NCBI GenBank assembly: GCA_002633005.1
Contig: NMRA01000044.1
Location: 524,594 to 588,593, forward strand
Origin: Phoronis australis
Lineage: Eukaryota > Animalia > Phoronida
Direction of reading: 5' to 3'
DNA length: 64,000 nt
This document shows, in pieces, positions 13,901 through 25,900 of the stretch. Under the pieces are notes generated by a model that did no database searches, was not told the origin of the DNA, and saw only the letters and a program-made list of their open reading frames with translations. Each line of letters begins with the position of its first letter. Positions within the stretch are counted from its first letter, which is position 1. Made by a program: the position numbers and the translations under genes.

Positions 13901-16900
13901 AATTCTATCTTATTTCCCACTCGTAGTATTAAATATTCATAGTATTACACATTCACACATTTAATGTTAGACATTCTTAATATTACACATTTTACAAATA
14001 ATTACTACACTTCATACTATTGCACATTCATCTTATTTCACATTCATAATATTGCATATTGTTTGTAAGTATCAATCATTTACCTATTTAGTAAGCTTTA
14101 TTCCATTTTCTTGAATGTCTGTGTTATCCTCAAGGAGAACCTGTTTTGCCTTGTAGGTCAGGGAGAGCAAGTTTGACAGGTGCAAATTTTGTTCTTGAGA
14201 TAATACTCAAAACATTATTGTTTTCCTTTTTACATATTGTCTTTGTTTTTAACTTGTCAACTTAGCAATTTATGGTGATTCATGGCCTTAGAATTTAGAT
14301 AAAAAGAGATGAACGGCATTTGTCGTTATGCCCATTTCTAACCCAAACACAGAAAAATAAAACTATGCCTAAGTGGCTGTTTTCGAGAAAAAATAAAATA
14401 TTGTATCATGAACACCATTTTGCAATATTGCTTAAGTTGATTTCAGTTACATTTTGAATTGGAAGAATTATGTAGAAAAACTGACCTTGTCTATACCTGT
14501 AATACATGGGAACTAAATGATTTTTTTTCTTTGTCGTAATACGTACATTTCTGTCTTCTAATACTGAACTCTGTCTTTGTTTTGCAGAATGATTTCATTA
14601 CATTTATTGACGGCATGAAAGTGTCGTCAACCAGAGTGGCCGCAAAACTGATCAAAGCCGCCAAAAATAAGTAAGCATATCACTTAAACCTTGAAAGGCC
14701 CAACGTGTCATTGTCCTAGCGTAACAAACACGTCCTTGTTTTCTGTTTGAATAATTGTAATGGCGTTCACCAGCCTTTAGGCATTTAGACAAGAGTACAC
14801 CATACAGCCCCCTGTGTAGTTCTCTGTCTCAATTAGAAAATGCACATTTCAGAATGCTATTGGATGGCCTTTTGATAGCGTTGCTATCAACCGAGGTGTT
14901 TGTGGTCAATTCTGCGTGTTTTCTTTATTGTGAAAGGTTATAATTTAAAACCTTTTAGTTGTTATCCATGAAAGGTATATTTAGTAAAATTAGCCATTCT
15001 TCAAACTGGAAGTGTGGCACAGTGAACAAGTTCTGAAAATGGTCATCAGTGCAAGTAAGCCAGGTTCTCTCACTTTTCTGTTTTAATTGCTCTGCTTAAT
15101 GCCCAAGACGCTCGTACGTTTTCAGTCCCAGGCTGATTACATAACAATTCTGTATTGGACTTCAGAAATAATGCCAAAAACTGGCTGTAAAACTAATAAA
15201 TTTTTAGTAAACTCGTGTAGGTTATCGATAATTTTAATTGCAATGTGTTACAATTATTTTCATTTTTTTCATTTTAGGTTTACGATCAGAGTGGAGAGAT
15301 CAACACAATTTACTAGCAACAATCCAAGACAGACCTACTGTGAGGATGAATCTGTTCTCAACAGTGATACTGATTCAAATGTAAGTCTGCCTAAACCACC
15401 AATGTACAAGGCCTTGTGATCCAGGGTGTTACTGATCCAAAGATAATCTCAGCTAAATCAGCAATGTGCAACGACTTGTTATCTAAGGAGATGTTGGTCT
15501 TTATTTGCTTAAATTCAACAAATATATCATGCAACAACTTGCAAACTGGTTTCATTAAACTAATTGACCACAGAAACACAGGTAGAAACGTTAGTATTTA
15601 ATAGTTTACCTGTGATGCCTGGTACTTAAGCTATAAGTGGAATTTAGAATAATGGTGGTCTTAATTTGCACATATTATGCAAATTCTCGATGTATCCACC
15701 AGCAAACGTGCTCTATTAAATTCACTGACTATAGAAACATGGCCAAAAACATTAAAATAACCTGTCTGCAGTACTTGGTAAGGACGTTTTTAGCAAAGTA
15801 GAATATTGCATAATGGCGGCCTTAATTTTCAATTTTGAAAAATGCTCAAGACTTGTGACTGGTCACGCCTCTAAGTCATGATTATATTCTTATCCCTAGT
15901 TAACATAAACTGGTTAAGAAAAAACTTTATCCAGCAAATCCAGGTTAAGTAAAAAACGGTAGTTGGCTCACCGTCTGCATGGTGGTGTTTGTGTGATAAC
16001 GGACACACGTGGTTCACCTGAATCTTCACTAGTGACACCTAGTGAATTTTTAGCTCCCTATTGACCTGTGTTCAGCCAAACTACACCCCAGAATTTCAAT
16101 CTTGTATGGTTGGGTCAAAGTTCAAATGTCAACTGTTTTCTCTGTGTCCACAGTTGACAACCAATAACAACCAAGGTGAGCCAGCAGTCATTCCTATTCC
16201 TACCATTGAACTTACCTCTCCAAGTAGCGAACCATGTGACTCTGCACCCCAAGCCAACTCTGATGAGTCCAAGTCAAGGTTTGAATTCATCAGTTCAAAG
16301 GTCAAGCTATTCCAGGTATACTGTTGTTGATGGTGTCATTGGCTATGTAACATTTTTTGATGTATTCAGTATTAAGTTTAATCAAAGTAGGAGGTGGTGT
16401 CAATAAAAATAGAAGTTTCCAATCTTCTTAGTACGTGCATGCATAATGGAAATTGCAAATGGTTAATGACATTTACAAAATTCTATGCAGTCATGCGCTT
16501 TTGCTTGAATGGTCATTAATAAGAAATGCCACCAAGTGGAATGGTAGTTTTAAAGCTATGTAGTACCAGCGCCAACTTTTTATAAATGTCTCTCTGTGTT
16601 TTTGTTTTGGAAATTTTTTTTGCAGTTGTTTTTTACATCAAAATCTCACAATGTAGCGGACAAGGGAAATTTCAATTTTTCCCATGAAAGATATTTAACA
16701 ATAAAGTATCGCTTTTAAATGTTCAAATTTTGTACCATAGATACCACCAGAAGATATTTCGAAAAACTGCATTTTCACAAAATATTAAAAGCTTTTGAAA
16801 AATGAAAAATGGCTATTTTAGTTATTATTTTTGTCCGAATTTGGTGAGATTTTGACATAATTCGGCTAGGCGGCATTCAGCACGGTTATGCAGGAGATTG

Positions 16901-19900
16901 TATGTGGTTCATTTATTGCTTCTGAAGCTAGATTCGGCAGCATTGGAATGTTTTTGTCGAGCTTGAAGTTGGTGATTTTAACTTCCCTAATTAATATGGC
17001 CGAATGTGGCTTTAACATGCCTTTATTGAAGAGTAACCATGAGCTTCTTCTAAATTCTTCACTACGAACAGAAAAATACTCTAACATCATCCAAACTAAT
17101 TGAGTGTAACAAATATAAAAGCGATAACAGCAGGAGAACATTGCAAACGTGATATGATTCACCTGTACATTCACACCTGGACATTTGTTTCACTTGGTAC
17201 TAACCATTGAAGAGTCTCTAATTTGTGTTTGAAAGACTAACACAAAGGTTGTGCCAAGACTGGCAACCACCGATAGAGTGCCCACACTCACCCCAGCCAG
17301 TTACGTGCACATATATTGACCAGCTGACCTTTAAAATTCAACTGACCTCAATATACATAGTGCCTGGAGCAAATATCGTTATGAGCAATTTCCTATCTTT
17401 GACACTAAAAGCAGTTCCTTGTAAGCCTGTCCGTGGAGTAAATGTCTTCATTAGTTATGCATGGCAAGGCCTCACTCGCTGAAGCAGGTGATACTGAATT
17501 GAGCTGATAAGATAATTAGTCCCTAAAAATCTCTGAGCACCTAACCATAATGATAACTCGTAATTCAGGTTTTTTTCTTAATTCGTAATTTATTGAGGGG
17601 CTGTCACGTGATGAATATCTTGCCGGTAGGTTGTTGAAACAACACAATTTGATTTGGGTATAATAATGAGTATATTGACTAAATGTTTAAAATTTCGTAA
17701 ATGAACAATCGTAAGGATTTACAAGGAAGGTTAATTTAATCAATCTGTTATCATGTTTTCCTGTTCCTGGCGTCGGCCTTGGATCCAGTTTTACACTTGT
17801 TGTGAGAAGTTACCTCTTCTCTTGATCATGCCATCCAGTTTTCCAAGCAGTCTTCACTTGATGAAATGCTTCAGAATAACCATGAAGTTCAGTCCATCGA
17901 TTATCATGTATGTCAACATGAATTCAGTCCATTGAATTCTAGATACAATGTATCCCTTTGAAATTCAGTCCATCGAATTTCTGCTACAATGTATTGAAAT
18001 GAAGTTCAGTCCATTTCTATAATTTGTGATATTTCTCAGCAAACCAGTAGCATCTCTTCAGGAATATCTGTGATATCTCTCTAGCAAGCTGGTTGCCTCT
18101 CTCCAAGAAATATCTGATACCTCTATACCAAATCTGGTTGCCTCTTCTGGAAATACGCCTTCTTGAGTAGCTAATGGTATACTTATACTCAATAAGTGGG
18201 CGAGTTAGATCAAAACATAAACCCACAAACTTCCTCCAATTGTACTCTCATAGTTCCAAAACAACTCTCAGAACAACATCATAGGATTCCAACTATGAAC
18301 CTAAGCTTTCACCAAATATGGTCACGGACAGACAAACCTTTCTGATGAATAATAAAAAGACTATTGTTGTTGCCAGAGCTGGCTAACCCCACAGTTGATC
18401 AATTCCGGTGAATTTAAAGTTACATAACTCTGCTAGCATAGCATAAACACATGGTTAGAGACAAATATGCTGATTCATTTCCTATGCACTCACAGAAGTT
18501 AATAAATTTCAGTAAATAATTAATACCTTTAATTAATTACACAACAACCATTATATACTAATTAATTCTTCTCATTCAATATTATTCTCAGGTACATAGT
18601 TAAAATAAGTTGTAATGTATCTGTATCATACTTTAATGATAAATGAATGATATATTCATCCTTCATGAAATCTCCCCGTAACAGGGGCAATAGTACTATA
18701 GTGAATGCTTTCTGTGGTTAACTTTATATCATGGCTGTCAATACAGTCAACAATAAGATGTGTAGTTAAGGTGGTGCAGCTTTTGGTTTCTAAGGAATGA
18801 TGTTTGTTTTGGATGCAGAAGAAGAAAGAGCTTGACGCAGTTAACCCTGCAACCAGATCACTGACTAACAGTCCCATCCACAGGCGACGTAGTATTGGTG
18901 AAGGGGCCGATGTAGGTCCTCGAGAGAGGGTGCGTAGGAAGAGTGCAGAGGGCAGAATACTGACAAATCAAGTAAGGCAGTAACAACTGTGAACATGGTA
19001 ATTGTCATGTATTGTAGAATTGTCTCCCATGGGCAGTACCGATTTTAGGTCGTAGCGACTGTATGGTTTGTTATTTCGTACGGAACATTAAGCATCCAAA
19101 AATGAAATTGTTGAAAATTCATTAGTCGAGTGGTTTGGCTAAGTGGATACAGTAATACAGTAGTTCAGTCAGTCTATGTAAAATACTATTGTCATGAGTT
19201 GTGATCGAAAGACTGACTTCTGCTGTCTGGTATTCAAGGATTGACGTAATGTTTCTTTTGTTGAAAAATAATATAGTTGAACTTTATCTGCATCTTTTTT
19301 TCTGAAGCAGGGCATAGATCAACTTCAGAGACCAACGACATTAACAGCCAATGGTAACCAATCAGGGTTGACAATGTCAGCAGACGACAACAACAGTATT
19401 TTTGATCTACGAAAGACCCAGCTGATCAAGTCATGTGATTATCCAATGTGGAATGAAACATTTAGTTTCGAACTCAACGACAAGTATAAATTTTTGAATG
19501 TTGGCATTTGGGCACGTCTGCCAGCAGTTGTAGACAAGCAGAAGAGAGTTATTCGACACAAGAGGGATATCTTACTGGGGCATGTAAGTTATTTTATGTT
19601 TGCTTCATGCACTGTACTTTGTCTTATTGTACCATGCACGTTCAGGTAAATGCCATGGTGTTCACCTCAGGTACTGCTAGTGAATAGTGACATCACGGCT
19701 TGTGCATAGAGAATACAGCCATGCTGTCAATTGAGTGAAATGGTCAGAGTTATTCTGGACTTTTTAAATGATATCTTGGATTGACTTCGACCCTAAATGC
19801 GTTGTAGAATGCTTTGTTGAAAAATATACCCTAAAGGAATCTGTGTGGCTGTGATGATAAAAGGTAGCCTACTTCCTTCCCAAAGTGCCTGAAAAGCACA

Positions 19901-22900
19901 TCCAAAGCGTGTTCCTAAGTTGGCCAAAATTGGAGATTTGGTCCTACGGTAAAGTCGCGTGATTTTCGGACGGCCCGCCATTTTCGACCAAGAATAAATA
20001 TTTCCGAAATGAGTTTTTCATGGTCCACGAAATTCGTACAAGGTCCAAGAACTGTTTTTCAATGATCCTCGAATTTCGGACAATGTCATAAACGTCGGAT
20101 TTTTGTCCCGCGACTTTCGGACAAGGAAAATTTTAGAAACGCTAATTTAGGATCGACGCAACTCCCGTGTCACTAAAGCGTTCAACGGATGATTACTACT
20201 CGATAAGGCTTGAATCTGAGAATTGGGATAACAGGCTTAGTAATTTTTACCTTGTCTTGACGATGTCATGACCGTTACTCGATTGTCTTGCGTTTAGCTT
20301 GAGTTTGGCGCTTTAGCTATGAAAAGTCACCGAGTCTCGCATGACGAAAATTTCTGATGAAAATACAATTGGGAAATACACGGAAGGNATTGATTTCGAC
20401 CCTAAATGCGTTGTAGAATGCTTTGTTGAAAAATATGCCCTAAAGGACTCTGTGTGGCTGTGATGATAAAAGGTAGCCTACTTCCTTCCCAAAGTGCCTG
20501 AAAAGCACATCCAAAGCGTGTTCCTAAGTTGGCCAAAATTGGAGATTTGGTCTTACATAACCTTAAATGTAAAATTATTGCTTTGACAGAATGAGTCATT
20601 TACGTCTACCTATTTCAGACCAGTGTTCCTTTAATGGATGTAGCCCTCGATTGTCTTAACACCAAACAAGGTGACACGCAGTTGACCTTCAATCTTTGCC
20701 CTGCACAGAAGAGTCCTCCTATCAACAAGACCAAGTTTCGCCACCTGCAACCTCACTCAGGATTTGATCCATCCCTGTGTTATGGTGATGTCACGATCGC
20801 CTTTATGCACACGGCTAAAGGGGGTTGTCCTGTCGTTAATGGGGAGGTGGTCTCTTCAACTGTCGACAGCAGTGATTTGGTGGATGGAAACAGTGTGATC
20901 TCAAAGTATGTCAGTCAAAATCTTCCTTTTTAATATTTGCATACCAGTCTGCAACAGTTTAGCACTCATCCAAAAGGTCTTCAAGTGCCATCATGAAAAA
21001 AGGGAAACAAAAATAACTCCTCCGGTGATAATTAAAAACTGCTGCTACATTCTTGCCTTTTGCCTGATGATCAAATTGAGAGCCAAATCCATTTTGTATT
21101 GCTCATTCTTTTTATCGCAGGACAGGAAATAACAAAGACAAGCATGACTTCATGGCTGCACGCTTCCACTCTGTGACGTACTGTAACTTCTGCAGAAAAA
21201 AGGTTAGTTTTATCACTCAGGTCTGGTTTGATTACACTGCAAAATTTAAGAATTTTGGCAATTACGACTGACATCAAATTTTTGTTCTGCTCACCTGCAT
21301 GTTCGAGAACGAAGTTTTTACTAGATTTGAAAAGTCTTGATGCAGACGTATATGTCTACATGACTGTGCCACTTGCCTTACTCCAACATACATTCAGTTA
21401 AATGGGTAAACAAGTGTTTCAAGACACGACGTCCGTAAACAAACCCATGGTGTCATTTGCCAGTGTACCGTTGAACTTATCAATGTTCTGAAAATGGATG
21501 AATATCAGTTATGAACCCAATTTTTCTAGGACCCATAACTGGTACTTTTGTTATCAGCATTTTACCAATGAGTACAGGTATGTTGCCCTGCTTTTGTCCA
21601 ACAAAACGTGTGATGGCATCTTATGACACAGCTTACTGTAGAGGGTCACTGCTGTGTCAAAAAACTCTAAAAATAAAATAATTGACAAAATTGTTCTTTT
21701 TTCATTGTTCATGCCAAGAACTGTGCGGTGGCACTTGGCTTACCTCAAAATCCAACTACAGCCTGATGGTTTGGTAATTGGCCCAATTATGTGGCATGCC
21801 AAGTAGAATTAATGAGGAACATATTACTGCAACATTAAACAAATGTTTTAGTTTGTAAAAGTCACATTTCTTGTCTAAATTTCAAAATTCAAAAACCTGA
21901 TCACGTGCTGTTCACGAACTATGCAAATATGCTATTTACAAACTTTCAAAATGGAAATTTAAAAATAGTATTGTCGCCCCCAATGTCTTTATGATGGGTC
22001 TCATTATCCAGAGAGCAGTTTAATTAGCCACAGCAGCATGGTGTCTTTAATCAGGAGATTCTGAGGTACGAAAACTTTTAGAGTTGCCCAGAGTTGCCCA
22101 GAGTTGCCCAATCTCGTCTGGTTATAGTGTCAACGTAGGATTCTCTTCATTGCGTGAATGCTCCCAGCTTCACAAAACTTTGTATGATGTTAACTGTGAT
22201 GTTGAGCCTTTAAAAGCGACAATGCATTTGTATGGTGCTACTGCAAAAATATTAAAATTAGTGAAGTATCACTTTACTACCCCATTGTGGCCTAAATTTA
22301 TGGAATTTCACCGTATTTGTAAATCCTTACACATAGCACTACAGGAGTGTATAACACTCCATTCTCTACAGAACTTTATACTTTTATACTGATCTGCATT
22401 GCTGGTAGGAAAACTAAATGAACTTAATTTTTCAATTGATTTCCAGATATGGCTGAAAGTCGCTTTTCAATGCCGGGCATGTGCAATGATCTGTCACAAT
22501 AAATGTACAGAAAGGTGCCAACTGGAGACAACATGCTCAAAGTAGGCACACTGATTATAGCATGCTTTGGGGTTAATACCCACATTCAGTTAAATGCCTT
22601 TCCATAAATATTCTACAGGGCGTAAGTTCTTCTGTGTTCAACAAGAACCATTTCCTAATTTTCTAGTGTCTCAGTTTAAATGCCCTTGATGTGAACCCCA
22701 AGGGTTACAATTTATGATGTTGTTACTGTTTCACTTCATGTTGTTTTGATTTCAGACAATGCTTGAAAAAGCAGCATTTTTGCAACTTGGAAAACAGTTT
22801 AATATTCTTCTACGTATGATTTGAGTTGTTGTATAGTTATTAAGTGTAGTTAAGCGTGGACACTTATGCTCAATTGCGTGGTCATTAAAAATATTTGAAC

Positions 22901-25900
22901 AAATTTGCAATTGATTATCAGTCGTGGGACTGTTTCCACCCTGTGTAGTAGTTTGTTGTTGTGTCCTTTCAACTAAGATCAGTAACCTCATCATTATTTT
23001 AATGAAAGTTCTGTTTGACAGAGATGCAAAAGCGACTTCATTTGTTAAGCAGCCATTAAGTGCTAAAGAGGCCAGTAAGAAGACTTCCTTGCCAGCGGCC
23101 ATTTTGAATCGTTTGAGTCGACGAAGAAGAGAAATGCAGATGATGCAGGGAGAAATGTCTATGACACAGGACGGTGAGTATTAAAATGAGTGAGCTTCAG
23201 TGAGTTTCATGAGTGTACAGTAAAATCTCAACAATTTTGGCCAAAATTACTATTTTTTCATTTTTCAAGAACTTTTAGCATTTTTGTGAATGTCTGCAAT
23301 TTTTCAAAATATTGAATTCTTGACAGTTATGGTATAGATCTTGAACATAGCAAAGTATTAATTTGTTGTCAAATACATTTTATGGAAAAAATGAGAAAAC
23401 ACATTTTCACTTTTCCCTCAAATTGTGTCGACCTCATTTGTTGAGATTTGACTGTAAGCATATCTGTGGGAATATGTGGATGTACTACAAAATTGTGTCC
23501 ACATTTTTCAGCTATTTTTGGAATAAATTTATCACTTGCAAAAACAGAAGGCATGATACACGGTTTACCAGAAATATGCTTTGGGTCTCTTCTTCCAGGA
23601 AAACTGTATCACAATGAAGATTAGTTTGTTCTTGACGACCATGGGGAAACTTGTAAATATAAATGATCATCACTGACTCCGGTAGTGTGTTTAGAGCAGT
23701 TTTCCTGCTGAGTAATACATGGTATACCGTATTCGCCGTAATAACAGCCCAGGGCGCTTAGAAAAGTTCGGTTCAGGGGGGCGCTTATTATAACCCAAGG
23801 TGATTGAAACCCGGTCTCCGAAACGGGTGAAATCGGAAGTTAAGATTCATCAAATTTACGCTCTGTGACGTATATGTAATCTATGAAAGACTTTCAACAA
23901 AGCTGTGGTGCATTGCTATCAAACTTTACTGCTAAATTACGATCATACAGAAAATTGTGCTGGAATCCCAGGGCGAAAACTCGCCGACTGACTGCCTCGA
24001 AATCGGCGTCTTCGATATGGCGACTTTAATGCTTGAATAAAAAGTTTCGACTCAAGCAAATTACCTGAAATCCTCATTAAGTTTTCTAAGTAGCGTCCCT
24101 AAGGTTTTTTTAAGTTCCCGTGGAGTCTGGATCGATTAACGGCAGGTTTAAGTACAAATCTGTGCAACATTGCGTCATCTACATGTATGATCGGCAACTC
24201 GGCGACAAAAATGTCTACACATGTTGTTGTCACGTTACGTTTGTTCTGATGTTCATCTGCGAGTAAGCGAGTGCGTGCGTGTCACCAGAGTTCATTTGCC
24301 AAAGCAGAGACTGTCTTTTGGCCAGAGCCACGCAACCTAACGAGCTAGATGTGCATCGTGTCTAAAGAAATTTGCACAAGCAGTAGGCCTAAACCAGAGC
24401 GTGTTTCATTCAGCACTTACCGGTCTCATGTGCTAAAAACGTTCAACATTTGTCTTGGTAAGGCCCATATTAGTCGCCATGTAGCTGGATGCGAATGTAA
24501 CTATCTGACAGTTATTTTCCAGTGTAAGGGTGTGTAAGCATTCACTGTCAGTTGTCATTTTATCGGATATTCGGCTTAAAAACACCAATGATGGTTAATC
24601 AAACAATCCATCTCAAAAATAATGCAAACATGTTTTTTAGTAATAGAAATCGTCGGAAATTAGTGCCAATATTCATTTCTTACCGACGCTATGCTACCCG
24701 TTTCATGAACGGATAGTTCCCGACTAATGTCTTTGATGACAGCGCGTGCTTCCTGGCCACGTGCGTTAAAGGCCGAGTTATTTTTATTCATGAGACAGTC
24801 GATGTGTCTGTACTGAAAGGTCAGACCATAGTGGAACACGTCGCGAGAGTAGCAACGCGCTGTTGCGTTCTTTTTGAAGCGCTGCATTACTTTGAAGTGT
24901 ATAGTCATGGCTAAATACAAACGTAGCAGTGCCGCTTGTGGTCTAGAAGACCCGTGCAAAATTTTTTTGATAAATTGATGTTACTGTAGCAGAGTTTTAG
25001 GACTGTAGGTACGTTATTGTTCGCATGTACACATTCATGGACTGGGCACTTATTTCAGCAAAGTCTGAAAACGCGTCGGGGGGGGGCGCTTATAGGGGCA
25101 TGGGCGGTTATTACGGCGAGTACGGTACCTACTATTTACATGTCAAGATTTCTGTCCTAAACAGCGTGCATACTTGTGACCTTCTGCTATCCATGCAAAT
25201 GCTCTAGTCCACTGAACCATTGGTACCACCAGTGGAAATTGTCCGTGTCAAGTCTTTGGAGGTCTGAAATTGGGAATAAAAAGCCTACTCTGCCATTGTA
25301 ATTATTCTCTTACTAAATCCAGGTTCCAACTGGTGAAGTTGAAGATAAATCTTGTCATGTGATTGTTTATGTTGTAATTATTATTTCTATTATTATTATT
25401 TGTAATATTATTGTTATTGTTATTATTGTTGTTGTTGCTATTACCCGTGTAGTTATTAATATGATCACTGCTGTTATTAGATGCAACCACTCACGTCCCC
25501 AACATCACTTGCGAACCACCTACTCCAGATGATGAGATGAAATCATTCCAACGCCCGCGATCCAACTCCGTGCCTCGAAACAGGCTGCCACCAGAGGGCT
25601 GTATCGAGGACATTCCACGTACACAGTCAAGCTCAAAACTGAACGAGCTACGCAGCAAACAGGCGCAGTCTGAGGGAAAAGATGGGGTAATTTGTTAGTA
25701 GTAAAGGCACAATAAACTCGTTTTGCATAATATTCTAACCACATTGAGATCACTGAAATCTTTGATGCCAACCAGCTGCGGTTATTCCGAGATGTTTGGT
25801 GTGCAGAATTTAAAAATCAGATTCAGGTTCTAACAGACTTTTGCTATCAACATTAAATGTTTTTGATTCACAATTGTCAAGTCATAAGCGATCTCGTTAC

